DNA of 64,000 bases, from assembly GCA_947626135.1 (NCBI GenBank), contig CANQQZ010000007.1, positions 43,055-107,054 of the forward strand, read 5' to 3'. Every line of letters starts with the position of its first letter. The stretch's first letter is position 1. This DNA is from an uncultured Clostridia bacterium (GTDB lineage: Bacteria; Bacillota; Clostridia; UBA1381). A program made the translations under genes and the position numbers. A model generated the notes under the pieces. The model did no database searches and was not told where the DNA came from. It saw only the letters and a program-made list of their open reading frames with translations. Of the stretch, positions 29,416-39,500 are shown piece by piece.

Positions 29416-31398
29416 TTATAAGCTTTCGCGGAACGCTTTTGGGGTCATATTATACATTTTTTTAAACATTCTGTTAAAATGCTCCACATTCGGGTATCCT
29501 ACAGCTTCGGCTATTTTTTCCACGGACAGATTGCCGTGCTTTAACATTGTGCGCGCTTTTTTCATGCGCACCTCCTTAACATTTTCCTGAAATGTAAGTC
29601 CCGTATGCTCCTTGATGTACTTCGACAGATACTGCGGAGAAAGGAAAAACACCTTGGAAAGCGTTTCAAGCGTCACAGTGCTGTAATTATTATGGATATA
29701 ATTAATGATGTCTATCGTTCTCTGCGCTCTCGCCGCGTCGGTTTTTCGTATGCAGGCAAGCTTATTCGCGGCAGCCACAAGCGCGGCGATCGACGCCTTT
29801 ATTATATCCTCGTCAATTCCCACGCCCCAGAACATTTCGTCATTGTATGTAATTCCCACATACGCCACAGCCTTGGACGACGATCCCCTCGTCAGCGAAT
29901 GCTCCTCGTATTCAGACAGCTCGTAGGATATTCCGAAGCACTGTTTGATCGCATTGCTCACGGCATCAAGCCTTCCGTTTCCGTTTACGTCGATAACTCT
30001 TTGCTCATCGCCGTATGTAATCGTTACCTCGGCGGTTATTCCGTTATGCTGTTTAAAATGACATTCGGGAATAGAAAACACGGCGGGATTATGAATATAA
30101 TTATCCTCAAATACCTGATACACAAGCTTGGGGCTCAGCTCCATATGCTCCTTATCGGAAACATCCTTTATCTTATAGCTGACGTCCGCCTTCATCTTGT
30201 TCGGCAGCGAAAAGCCGTAATTTTTCTTTAAAATATACGCCACGCCTCCCTTGCCCGACTGGCTGTTTATGCGTATGACGTCACTGTCGTATTTTCTTCC
30301 GACATCCCGCGGGTCAATCGGAAGGTACGGAACGGTCCAGCGTCCGCCGCTTTTGCCTTCCTCCCACCACGCAAGCCCCTTTGCTATCGCATCCTGATGC
30401 GAGCCGGAAAACGCGGTGAATACCAAATCACCCGCATACGGTGTGCGCTCGTAGACGCGCATACCCGTAAGGCGCTCGTATGTTTCGCTTATGCTTTGTA
30501 TATCGGAAAAATCCAGTCCCGAATCAACGCCGTGGGTATACAAGTTCATCGCCAGCGTTATTATATCGACATTACCCGTTCTCTCGCCATTACCGAAAAG
30601 CGTGCCCTCAATTCTGTCCGCTCCGGCAAGCACGGCAAGCTCCGCATCCGAAACGCCGCTGCCACGGTCATTGTGCGGATGCACACACAGCGTTACGGCG
30701 TCCCTGTATTTTAAATGCTTGTGCACATATTCTATCTGCGTTGCAAATACATGCGGCATCGCAAGCTGCACCGTCGTAGGTATATTTATCACAGCTTTAT
30801 TTTTAACGGTAGGCTGCCATACGTCAAGAACAGCGTTGCATACGTCAACCGCGTATTCAACCTCTGTGCCGGGGAAGCTCTCGGGGCTGTATTGGAACGA
30901 AAAATTCCCGTCGGTTTCATCCGCGAGCTTCTTAAGCAGCTTCGCGCCGTCCACAGCTATCTGCTTAATCTCATCCTTATTCTTTTTGAAAACCTGCTCC
31001 CTCTGCGCCGCCGAGGTGGAATTATACAAGTGAATTACGGCATGCGGAGCGCCCTTTACGGCATCAAACGTTTTCCTGATTATATGCTCCCTCGCCTGCG
31101 TAAGCACCTGTATTGTTACGTCGTCCGGTATCATTTTTCTCTCTATAAGAGCGCGTATGAAATCATATTCCGTTTCGGAAGCCGCCGGAAATCCCACCTC
31201 AATTTCCTTTATGCCTATTTTAACAAGCATCTCAAAAAATTCCAGCTTCTCCTCGAGGCTCATCGGCTCGATAAGCGCTTGATTGCCATCGCGCAAATCA
31301 ACACTGCACCAAATCGGAGCCTTTTCTATATGATCCTTTTTTACCCAGTCATATGTCACGTCCTCAGGCATAAAATACTGTATTCCGTACTTACCCAT
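29416..31398 (-). CDS. leuA: long-form 2-isopropylmalate synthase fused to a C-terminal AraC/XylS-type HTH domain
   Basis: [23 protein letters not shown] and HPHNDRGSG, plus the LeuA C-terminal regulatory domain. These are followed in frame by 101 aa of AraC dual HTH (…[18 protein letters not shown]…[29 protein letters not shown]). The start is the ATG at 31398 (MGKYGIQYF), preceded by GGAGGAAT. Confidence 0.85.
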   Translation of the reverse strand: MGKYGIQYFMPEDVTYDWVKKDHIEKAPIWCSVDLRDGNQALIEPMSLEEKLEFFEMLVKIGIKEIEVGFPAASETEYDFIRALIERKMIPDDVTIQVLTQAREHIIRKTFDAVKGAPHAVIHLYNSTSAAQREQVFKKNKDEIKQIAVDGAKLLKKLADETDGNFSFQYSPESFPGTEVEYAVDVCNAVLDVWQPTVKNKAVINIPTTVQLAMPHVFATQIEYVHKHLKYRDAVTLCVHPHNDRGSGVSDAELAVLAGADRIEGTLFGNGERTGNVDIITLAMNLYTHGVDSGLDFSDIQSISETYERLTGMRVYERTPYAGDLVFTAFSGSHQDAIAKGLAWWEEGKSGGRWTVPYLPIDPRDVGRKYDSDVIRINSQSGKGGVAYILKKNYGFSLPNKMKADVSYKIKDVSDKEHMELSPKLVYQVFEDNYIHNPAVFSIPECHFKQHNGITAEVTITYGDEQRVIDVNGNGRLDAVSNAIKQCFGISYELSEYEEHSLTRGSSSKAVAYVGITYNDEMFWGVGIDEDIIKASIAALVAAANKLACIRKTDAARAQRTIDIINYIHNNYSTVTLETLSKVFFLSPQYLSKYIKEHTGLTFQENVKEVRMKKARTMLKHGNLSVEKIAEAVGYPNVEHFNRMFKKMYNMTPKAFRESL

Positions 31399-31414
31399 GC
31401 TAATTCCTCCCAGA

Positions 31415-31450
31415 AAATAAAAAACTCTATGCGCATAAAACACATAGAGA
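31415..31450 (-). terminator. T-box expression-platform terminator
   Basis: CUCUAUGUG-uuuuaug-CGCAUAGAG followed by UUUUUUAUUUU, about 20 nt upstream of the leuA ATG. Confidence 0.85.
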
Positions 31451-31762
31451 CACAAATTACATTCGTGCGGTACCACTCTATTTCGCGGAAATATCCGCGC
31501 ACCTCAAAGGATACATTCATATCCCGCCGTCTTTACGGTCGGCTCCCGTCCGCGCCTACACAGCATTTAAAAACCTTATACGTTTTCCCCAATCTGCCTC
31601 ACGGTCTTTTGAACCATTCGGCTATCTGTCATGTCTTTTGAACAATCTCCGCGTATTTTGCCTTCGGGCGGCTGCTCCGGGGCGAGTTCACGATTTTTCT
31701 CCGATCCGCTTTCACCAACCGCGGATTCTCTCGTTTCACAAAGCCTCGCTACTGCTCCCCTT
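31415..31762 (-). promoter_or_regulatory. T-box riboswitch leader, predicted Leu (CUC) specifier
   Basis: The minus-strand RNA has the following elements. Stem I carries AGAGA and GGUGAAA boxes. A candidate specifier is GAA-CUC-G (CUC = plus nt 31684-31686). The T-box sequence is AAAUAGAGUGGUACCGCAC (plus nt 31465-31483). The antiterminator (AUAGAG...CUCUAU, GCAC...GUGU) has the 7-nt bulge UGGUACC. A competing terminator follows, then the leuA RBS. Confidence 0.9.
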
Positions 31763-31768
31763 CATTGC

Positions 31769-31796
31769 ATTATAAACAATATTTATTTTTCGTAAA
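31769..31796 (-). promoter_or_regulatory. putative promoter of the T-box-leuA transcript
   Basis: On the minus strand: TTTACG, a 16-nt spacer, then TATAAT, just upstream of Stem I. Confidence 0.45.
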
Positions 31797-31865
31797 TTTA
31801 TTTTAACACATAAAAGCGATAATGCAAGTGTTAAATTTAATCTGTTTTATTGATTTATTTTAATG

Positions 31866-32780
31866 TCACAGTCCCTGCGCAATCCCTACAATGACGGGCA
31901 TCGTTACAATCGAAAGCAGTGTGCTTACAGATACAAGTGTGGCTGAAAGCGGCGTATCGGCGCCGAATTTATTTGAAAACATCGTCACCACAGCCGCCAC
32001 CGGAGCGGAGGCGGCAATCGCGCACACAATCAGAACATCGCCGTGAATCCCGCACAGAAGAAGACCTGCTGTCATGATTGCCGGCGATATCAGCAGTCTC
32101 AGGACTATAGCAATAATCTCGTTTGCGCCGTTTATTTTAAATTTCGCGTCAGCCAGATGGTAACCTATAATAACCATAGCGACAGGTGTGTTCAGGTCCG
32201 CGAGATAACCTATCGGCGCGGATATAACCTCCGGAACCGGCAGGGATGAAAAAAATATCAGAAGTCCCGCCGCCGTGCCGAGTATACCGGGATTTAAAAT
32301 AACTTTTTTTGGCGAAAAGCGATAGCTTTTATTCATTATGTACTCGCCGTATGTCCATACCGCTATATTAAATACCGCCACATACGCCGCACCGTAAAAT
32401 ACGCCGTCGCTGCCCAGAATCGCGTTTTGCAGCGGAAAGGACATATATCCGCAGTTTGAGAAAATCACAGCCATTCTCAATACTCTTTCGCGGTTTTTGT
32501 CCGCATCGCGGACAAACGCCGCGGCGCATACGGCGTTAATGATATGTAAAACCGCCGCCGCCGCGAATACGACTGCGAGTCCCTTCAGCATGGCTATGTC
32601 CATACCGCGGTTGAAGGAATTTATAATGACCGCCGGGGTTACGATATAAAGCATAAAATCCGTAAGGCGCTTCACCGCGTCCTTATTGAAAATACGCGCT
32701 TTATTTGTAATAAAGCCTATTCCGATAAGCAAAAACAATATCAGCACTTGCTGAGCCACTGTCAATATATTCGTTAACAT
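31866..32780 (-). CDS. AEC (auxin efflux carrier / malate permease-like) family transporter
   Basis: 304-aa highly hydrophobic polytopic protein. Its N-terminus (MLTNILTVAQQVLILFLLIGIGF) and overall layout resemble AEC-family permeases. Confidence 0.6.
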   Translation of the reverse strand: MLTNILTVAQQVLILFLLIGIGFITNKARIFNKDAVKRLTDFMLYIVTPAVIINSFNRGMDIAMLKGLAVVFAAAAVLHIINAVCAAAFVRDADKNRERVLRMAVIFSNCGYMSFPLQNAILGSDGVFYGAAYVAVFNIAVWTYGEYIMNKSYRFSPKKVILNPGILGTAAGLLIFFSSLPVPEVISAPIGYLADLNTPVAMVIIGYHLADAKFKINGANEIIAIVLRLLISPAIMTAGLLLCGIHGDVLIVCAIAASAPVAAVVTMFSNKFGADTPLSATLVSVSTLLSIVTMPVIVGIAQGL

Positions 32781-32784
32781 TTAT

Positions 32785-34290
32785 TCACCGCTCCTCAAAG
32801 TTGTCCGTCCACACCGACGCTTTATCATTTATTACATACGACGGCTCGCCGTTATATGGAACCCTGACGATATTTCCGTACTCGCTGTCAACGGCATAAG
32901 CCTCGCTGCCGCACAAGAAGTAATCGCTCACGCTCCTGTTGTAAATCAAGCTCATTCCGGAGCCGTCAAGACCGCATGTGAAAAGCCCTCCGTTCGATAT
33001 GACCAGCCTGTCTCCGCGCGAGCGGACCGCGTCTCCGCTGCCGATAAGCACGCTTTCCGATGATGCGAAATCCGCCCTGTAAATCTCAGGATGATACATA
33101 TTTTTATAATACACATAATTGCCGTTCTGGCAAAGAACATCCGCGCGGGCGCAGCTTTGCGGCATATCGGCAAGCATTCCGTTATAGCTGCCGTCAATCC
33201 AGACATAGTATATATCCTGACCGTTATCGCCGTTTATATATAAAATCCGCTCATCCTCCTCCTGATTGCGGCATATAAACGAATTGCTGCTGTTTAAATA
33301 CATCATTCCGCTTCCGTCGGCATTGAATCGATATATGTTATGATATCCGTATCCGTCTTCAACAAGGATATAGCCGCCGTAAAATACGCAGTTAAACGGC
33401 GATAATGTAAGACCGCCCCGCATTTCAAAAGCGGTTTCTTCGCGGCTGTCCGTATTGAGCGCATGCATCCGGTTGTCATCCGCGCGGTTAAAATATATGT
33501 AGCTGCCGTGCTTTTCCGGATAAATCACATTTCCGAAGCTCTCTTTTCCGTATTCAATCAGTTCTCCCGCTTTGCCGGAGGTTTTTTTCAGGCAGAATAT
33601 TCTGCCGTCCTCCACGCTTACCACCTCCGTATCATAATCGGTAAGCTGCTCCTCCTGTCCGCCGCTTTCGATCTGCCGGTATAAAAAACCCTCTCCGGAA
33701 ATATAATAAACGTAACCCGAGTCGTAATAAACCGCTTTCACCGCCTTATCCGACAGCTTCACACGCCTGACGCCGTTGGAATCTGTTCTGTAAAGCTTAT
33801 TATAATCATCGGCGCTCGCATAAAAAAAGGCGCCTTCCCCTTCCGGTTTGTCTGAAATCACAACGCGGCGGCTTTCCGGATCCCAATTGACGTTCTCTCT
33901 CAGCGCCTCCGCGATGGCGCGGACGGGAACATATGTAAAATCACCTATCAGGCGCGCGGGAACGTCAAGCTTTACGGCCGAGGAAAAAAGAATAAGCCCG
34001 GAGCTGTTAACGATGCCGGTATCCATCATATCGGAGCCTATTCTGAGGCTCACCGCGCTGTCTCCCCTTGACGCGTACACCCTATAATCCGTTTCATCCC
34101 AGCTTACCCGGGCGTCAAGCGCCTCAAATATGGCTCGCATCGGCACAAGCGTGCGGTCGTCAACAATTACAGCCTCATTATCGGATCGCAGCTCGTTTCC
34201 GTTTACAATCACCGTTATATCGTCCGCTCTTGCCGTAACCCGAGCGAAAGCCGCGGCAAAAACCGCGGCAAAAACAATAAACCTTTTCAT
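32785..34290 (-). CDS. secreted protein with copper-amine-oxidase-N-terminal-like domains and a DUF5050-like beta-propeller region
   Basis: Signal peptide MKRFIVFAAVFAAAFARVTARA from the ATG at 34290, 1 nt after the tmk stop. It has two TLVPMRAIFEAL / YVPVRAIAEAL stalk motifs and Tyr/Gly-rich repeats (YYISGEGFLY, YIYFNR, YVYYKN). The track's upstream extension would overlap tmk. Confidence 0.5.
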   Translation of the reverse strand: MKRFIVFAAVFAAAFARVTARADDITVIVNGNELRSDNEAVIVDDRTLVPMRAIFEALDARVSWDETDYRVYASRGDSAVSLRIGSDMMDTGIVNSSGLILFSSAVKLDVPARLIGDFTYVPVRAIAEALRENVNWDPESRRVVISDKPEGEGAFFYASADDYNKLYRTDSNGVRRVKLSDKAVKAVYYDSGYVYYISGEGFLYRQIESGGQEEQLTDYDTEVVSVEDGRIFCLKKTSGKAGELIEYGKESFGNVIYPEKHGSYIYFNRADDNRMHALNTDSREETAFEMRGGLTLSPFNCVFYGGYILVEDGYGYHNIYRFNADGSGMMYLNSSNSFICRNQEEDERILYINGDNGQDIYYVWIDGSYNGMLADMPQSCARADVLCQNGNYVYYKNMYHPEIYRADFASSESVLIGSGDAVRSRGDRLVISNGGLFTCGLDGSGMSLIYNRSVSDYFLCGSEAYAVDSEYGNIVRVPYNGEPSYVINDKASVWTDNFEER

Positions 34291-34291
34291 G

Positions 34292-34969
34292 TCAGTCCCC
34301 AATCTTTTCCTTAACCGCCTTATAAATTTCTTCGTGAATTTCCTCCGGCGTTCTGATCCTTCCGTTTTCCACACACGCTATATGCTTCCACATATATTTA
34401 TCGGCGACAAATACGGCGCTGTCATAGCTTTTCCGCAGATACTCCATATCGCTCTCGTGAATGTCCTTTTCGCTGCTTCCGTCTATCTTGTTCATGCGCT
34501 CCGACATAAGCGAAACGGCATATTCCATCGGCATATCGAGAAAAAACGTTTCGTCAGGAACAGGCAGACCGCATTTTATATATTCAAAATCGTATATCCA
34601 GTCAAGACATTTCTCCCTTTCGTCAGCATTGCCGATTTTTCCCGCCTGATGAATCATATTCGATGTAACATATCTGTCGGCGATTATAATTGTACCGTCC
34701 GCGTAATCCCTTCCCCAGTCGGTGCGAAACGTGGCAAAGCGGTCGAGCGCGTAAAAAGCCGATGCCGTATACGCGTTCACGTCATCAGGATTTTTACCGA
34801 ATTCTCCCGACAGATACATCTTTACAAGCGCCGACGACAGACTGTCATAAGCCGGGAATGATACCTTCCGTATTCGTTTCCCGTCTTTTTTCAGCCTGTC
34901 GAAAAGCAGATTTGTCTGCGTCTGCTTCCCGCTGGAATCAACTCCGTCTATGACTATTAATTTTCCCAT
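34292..34969 (-). CDS. tmk: thymidylate kinase
   Basis: MGKLIVIDGVDSSGKQTQ P-loop, and a size (225 aa) typical of dTMP kinase. Confidence 0.8.
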   Translation of the reverse strand: MGKLIVIDGVDSSGKQTQTNLLFDRLKKDGKRIRKVSFPAYDSLSSALVKMYLSGEFGKNPDDVNAYTASAFYALDRFATFRTDWGRDYADGTIIIADRYVTSNMIHQAGKIGNADEREKCLDWIYDFEYIKCGLPVPDETFFLDMPMEYAVSLMSERMNKIDGSSEKDIHESDMEYLRKSYDSAVFVADKYMWKHIACVENGRIRTPEEIHEEIYKAVKEKIGD

Positions 34970-35117
34970 AGCATTCTCCTGTAAAATCCCGCGTGTTTTC
35001 GGGCAAATTGCCGAAAGCGCCGTATCCTCCGCACCCGTATGCGAAAAACGCCGTTCATAGTATCCGCGCGGTCAATAATCCGCTTCCGCATCTTTGTATC
35101 GATCGGCATAACAAAAA

Positions 35118-35852
35118 TTACTGTTTATACCGCTTTCCTTTGAAAAATACCGTCGCGGCAAATTTCGGCAGATCCATCATTCTTCCTATGCGGCTCGGCT
35201 CCTTATACAGTCTGTACAGCCACTCGAGCCCGTGACTGCAAAAAAACTCCGGCGCCCGCTCCGCCGTACCGGCGAACACGTCAAGACTGCCGCCTATTCC
35301 CATTGCGACCCTTACCTTCAAATTGTCTCTTTGCGCATCGATCCATTTTTCCTGCTTCGGAGCGCCGAGACATACAAACACTATATCCGCGCCGGATCGA
35401 TTGATCTCATCAACTATTTCTCCGTCCTCCTCCGGCTTAAAGTAGCCGTTCCGGCAGCCGGAAATATTCAATCCGGGATATTTTTCAATAAGCCTGTCCC
35501 GCGCGGTTTCAGCCACGCCGGGCTTTCCGCCGAACAAAAACAGCTTATGCTCCGTGCCGCTTATTTTTTCCAGCACACGGCACGCGATATCATAACCCGC
35601 GGCGCGTTCTCTAAGAGGCTTCTTTAGGATTTTGGAGGCGTAAACCACGCCTATTCCGTCGGCTGTCAGCAGCTCGGAACGGTTCAGGATTTCCGCAAAT
35701 TCGGGATCCCTGTACGCCGCCATAATTATTTCGGAATTCGGCGTAAAAACGCTATGCACCTTATCCTCGCCGAAAAATTTCATTATTTCGGCAGCGGCTT
35801 CCTCGATCGTAACCGTATCGACATTGACTCCCAGGATATTTACCTTGTCCAT
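35118..35852 (-). CDS. WecG/TagA/CpsF-family glycosyltransferase (GT26)
   Basis: 244 aa. MDKVNILGVNVD..., LFLFGGKPGVAE and FVCLGAPKQEKW are typical of TagA-like N-acetylmannosaminyltransferases. Confidence 0.8.
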   Translation of the reverse strand: MDKVNILGVNVDTVTIEEAAAEIMKFFGEDKVHSVFTPNSEIIMAAYRDPEFAEILNRSELLTADGIGVVYASKILKKPLRERAAGYDIACRVLEKISGTEHKLFLFGGKPGVAETARDRLIEKYPGLNISGCRNGYFKPEEDGEIVDEINRSGADIVFVCLGAPKQEKWIDAQRDNLKVRVAMGIGGSLDVFAGTAERAPEFFCSHGLEWLYRLYKEPSRIGRMMDLPKFAATVFFKGKRYKQ

Positions 35853-35853
35853 A

Positions 35854-37221
35854 TCATCTTTCCTTTAAACAAATATATTTCTTATTCGTAACAATTGATT
35901 TATATGCGGGACGTATTATTCTCGAGCAGCCGAGCACCTCCTCGAGCCGATGCGCGCTCCAGCCCACCATTCTCGATATGGCGAACAAAGGCGTATACAT
36001 CTCCTCCGGTATCCCGAGCATTTTATATACAAATCCCGAATACAGGTCTACATTCGCGCACATGGGCTTATCGGAGCCCTTAATTTCCGCAAACGCCTTA
36101 GGCGTGAGCTCTTCGATAAGATTATACAGCTTATATTCCTTATTGAATTTGCTCTTCTTCGCCGCGAGCCTTCCGGCGCGCTCCTTAAGCAGAACCGCTC
36201 TCGGATCGGACATTGTGTAGATAGCATGCCCCATACCGTATATCAGTCCGGAGCCGTCAAACGCTTCCCTGCGGAGAATTTTGCCCAAATATGCTTCGAC
36301 CTCGTCGCGATCCTCCCAATCCGATACATTTTCCTTTATATTCTCCATCATAGCCATAACCTTAGCGTTTGCTCCGCCGTGCTTAGGACCCTTCAGCGAG
36401 CCTATTGCCGCAGCGATAGCGGAATATGTATCGGTACCGGACGATGATACCACTCTCGTTGTAAACGCGGAATTGTTGCCTCCGCCGTGCTCGGCATGGA
36501 TCATAAGCATAACGTCCAGCATTTCCGCCTCTTCCTTCGTATATCTGTTATCGGGGCGTATCATGTACAGCAGATTTTCCGCCGTTGACAAATTCTCCTG
36601 CGGAGTGTGCAGAATAAGACTGCCTCCGTCGTAATAATGCTTTTTCGCCTGATAGCCGTATGCCGTCATAACAGGGAGCCTTGCCGTAAGCTCTATCGAC
36701 TGCCGTAAAATATTTCCCGCCGTAATCTCATCCGGATTTGGGTCATATGAATACGATGCGAGCACCGAGCGCGCCAGCTTGTTCATTATATTTTCACTGG
36801 GCGCCTTTAAAATCATATCCTCCACAAACCCGTCGGGAAGCGGACGCAGCTTTCCTATAAGCATGGAAAATTTTTTCAGCGTCTGCTTGTCCGGAAGCTG
36901 TCCGAACAGCAGCAAATACGCTACCTCTTCGAATCCGAAACGTTTCTCCCTTTCGCAGTTCCTTACTATGTCTTCGAGGCTGTAGCCCCTGTAACGGAGC
37001 TGTCCGGCTATGGGCGTCTTTGACCCGTTCACCATCTCATAGCCTATAACCGAGCCCACGGACGTCAGTCCTGCGACTACTCCCGTGCCGTCGTCATTTC
37101 TTAATCCCTTTTTAACATCATTCTTTTTAAAGGTTTCCTTTGAAAACGGCAGATACAGTCCCTCAGCCTTCTTTTGAAAAATATTTTCCAATTCCTCTGT
37201 CCTGTCTTTTTCAACCGCCAT
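35854..37221 (-). CDS. citrate synthase
   Basis: Catalytic-site regions GPKHGGAN, GMGHAIY and NVDLYSG are characteristic of the citrate (Si)-synthase family. Confidence 0.85.
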   Translation of the reverse strand: MAVEKDRTEELENIFQKKAEGLYLPFSKETFKKNDVKKGLRNDDGTGVVAGLTSVGSVIGYEMVNGSKTPIAGQLRYRGYSLEDIVRNCEREKRFGFEEVAYLLLFGQLPDKQTLKKFSMLIGKLRPLPDGFVEDMILKAPSENIMNKLARSVLASYSYDPNPDEITAGNILRQSIELTARLPVMTAYGYQAKKHYYDGGSLILHTPQENLSTAENLLYMIRPDNRYTKEEAEMLDVMLMIHAEHGGGNNSAFTTRVVSSSGTDTYSAIAAAIGSLKGPKHGGANAKVMAMMENIKENVSDWEDRDEVEAYLGKILRREAFDGSGLIYGMGHAIYTMSDPRAVLLKERAGRLAAKKSKFNKEYKLYNLIEELTPKAFAEIKGSDKPMCANVDLYSGFVYKMLGIPEEMYTPLFAISRMVGWSAHRLEEVLGCSRIIRPAYKSIVTNKKYICLKER

Positions 37222-37264
37222 AAAATTTACCTCCCGATGCGTTTATTTCTCAATTCCCCCCGCT

Positions 37265-39484
37265 TTATATCAAGCTCATTTGTCCGTCTCCATCCTTTAA
37301 CGCCGTTCCCGCCGCGGGAATATTCCTCGATGCGTATTTTTTCGGATCGCTTAATCCGCTTTCCTCAGCCGGCACGGCTTTAATAAGCCTGGAGCCCTTT
37401 TTCCGGAGCGTGACCACCTGGACTCCCTGCGTGCTTTTTGTGCTTTTGAGCGGTATTTTTGACGTATTTACAAACAGCGCCTTTCCCGAGTCGGTCAGCG
37501 CGACAATATCCATATCCGAATACATATATATCACGCTGGCAAGCGGGCTTTTGTCGCTGTACGCGTTAACAAGCTTTTTTCTGTTTGATTTGGTTTCATA
37601 GCCGGAAAGCTCCACCTTTGCCATTTTTCCGTTTTCAAACGCAAACAGCATCATTCCGCCGTAATTATTCGTGATTACAGTATACACTATTTTTTCATTT
37701 TCTTCAAGACCCAAAATCCCCGGCATATACTCGCCCATCGTGCTTACCTTCGCGTCGGGGATATCATAGAGCTTAGCCTTGTAAACAGTCGATTTATTCG
37801 TAAAAAACAGACACTCGTTATTATTTGACGTTTCTATGGTCTGAATAATCTCGTCGTCCTCCTTTAAGCGATGCTCCGTGGTGGACGAGCGCAGAGATAC
37901 AGCGGAAATTTTCTTCATATAATTTTCACGCGTAAAAAACACAGTACACTGATAATCGTCGATTTCGCGCGTCTCAACATAATCCTCTATATTTTCGTTA
38001 GATATAAGCTTTGTTTTTCGTTCCTGACCATATTTTTTTATAATATCGCGAAGCTGCGAGGCTATTATTTTCTTAACCTCTCTGTCGTCGGCAAGGATGC
38101 CGTTCAGCTTTTCAAGATCCTCGATCAGCTGTTCAATCTCGGATGTGCGGCTTAAAATATGCTCCCGGTTCAAATTCCTGAGCTTTATTTCCGCAACGTA
38201 CTCGGCTTGGATCTTGTCTATATCAAAGCCCTCCATAAGGTTGGGCACGACATCCGACTCAAGCTCCGTGCGGCGGATTATGGAAATAGCCTTGTCAATA
38301 TCGAGCAAAATCTTCTTAAGACCTGTCAAAAGGTGCAGACGAGCGCTCTTTTTGTCTATATCGTATCTCACTCCGTTTTTGACGCATTCGGCTCTGAACT
38401 CGATCCAGTGATTCAGTATCTCCTTAATGCCCATAACATACGGGCGGTTTTTTATCAGCACGTTAAAATTACAGCTGAACGAATCCTCGAGCGGCGTCAG
38501 CTTGTACAGCTTTGCCATAAGCTTATCCGGATCCGTGCCCCGCTTCAGGTCAATTGTAATTTTAAAGCCGTTCAAACCGGTTTCGTCCCGCGCGTCCGTG
38601 ATTTCCTTTAATTTGTTAGCCTTAATAAGCTCCATTATCTTGGAAATTATTGCCTCGCACGTCGTCGAATACGGAATTTCGGTTATATCTATACAGTTAT
38701 TCCGCCTGTCGTATTCGTAAACCGCGCGCATTTTAAAGCTGCCGCGTCCCGTTTCGTAAATTCCCTTCATTTCATCGCGCGAATACACAATCTGAGCTCC
38801 GAGTGAAAAATCCGGCGCGGGCATGATGTCGAGAATTTCATCGACGGTTACGCTTTTTTTCCGCATTATCGCTATGGCTGTTTCGCAGACCTCCCTCAGA
38901 TTAAACGAGCATATATTGCTCGCCATTCCGACCGCGATACCCTGATTGGGGTTCACCAGGATATTGGGAAATGCGGACGGAAGCATTACCGGCTCCCGCA
39001 TTTCGCCGTCGTAGCTGTCGGTGAATTCCACCGTATTTTTATTAATATCACGGAACAGCTCCTCGCATATAGGCTCCAAACGGACCTCCGTGTATCGCGA
39101 CGCGGCATACGCCATATCCCGCGAATACTGCTTGCCGAAATTGCCCTGCGACTCTATCAGCGGGTGCAGCAGCGACTCGTTTCCGCGCGTCAGCCTCACC
39201 ATAGTCTCGTATATCGACGCGTCGCCGTGCGGATTAAGCTTCATCGTCTGACCTACAACATTTGCTGATTTCGTAAGCTTGCCGCCCAAAAGCCCCATTT
39301 TGTACATCGTATACAACAGCTTCCTGTGCGCCGGCTTCAGACCGTCTATTTCCGGTATCGCGCGCGAAATAATTACGCTCATCGCGTAGGGCATAAAGTT
39401 TTTTTCAAGCGTATCCGTTATCGCCTGCTCCGCTATCGGCGCGCTCACCGTTATTTGTTCCTCGCCTTTTTTCTTCCTTGCCAT
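37265..39484 (-). CDS. type IIA DNA topoisomerase subunit A (ParC/GyrA family)
   Basis: AIPEIDGLKPAHRKLLYTM and the catalytic-Tyr region AASRYTEVRL, with a C-terminal beta-pinwheel-sized domain. It follows the B subunit. Gyrase versus topoisomerase IV cannot be decided from this window. Confidence 0.88.
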   Translation of the reverse strand: MARKKKGEEQITVSAPIAEQAITDTLEKNFMPYAMSVIISRAIPEIDGLKPAHRKLLYTMYKMGLLGGKLTKSANVVGQTMKLNPHGDASIYETMVRLTRGNESLLHPLIESQGNFGKQYSRDMAYAASRYTEVRLEPICEELFRDINKNTVEFTDSYDGEMREPVMLPSAFPNILVNPNQGIAVGMASNICSFNLREVCETAIAIMRKKSVTVDEILDIMPAPDFSLGAQIVYSRDEMKGIYETGRGSFKMRAVYEYDRRNNCIDITEIPYSTTCEAIISKIMELIKANKLKEITDARDETGLNGFKITIDLKRGTDPDKLMAKLYKLTPLEDSFSCNFNVLIKNRPYVMGIKEILNHWIEFRAECVKNGVRYDIDKKSARLHLLTGLKKILLDIDKAISIIRRTELESDVVPNLMEGFDIDKIQAEYVAEIKLRNLNREHILSRTSEIEQLIEDLEKLNGILADDREVKKIIASQLRDIIKKYGQERKTKLISNENIEDYVETREIDDYQCTVFFTRENYMKKISAVSLRSSTTEHRLKEDDEIIQTIETSNNNECLFFTNKSTVYKAKLYDIPDAKVSTMGEYMPGILGLEENEKIVYTVITNNYGGMMLFAFENGKMAKVELSGYETKSNRKKLVNAYSDKSPLASVIYMYSDMDIVALTDSGKALFVNTSKIPLKSTKSTQGVQVVTLRKKGSRLIKAVPAEESGLSDPKKYASRNIPAAGTALKDGDGQMSLI

Positions 39485-39500
39485 TTACATATCCTCTCTG

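Noticed and set aside
30715-31641. 308-aa plus-strand ORF.
   Set aside because: It is antisense to the leuA N-terminus and to the T-box leader. It has no motifs and an implausible composition.
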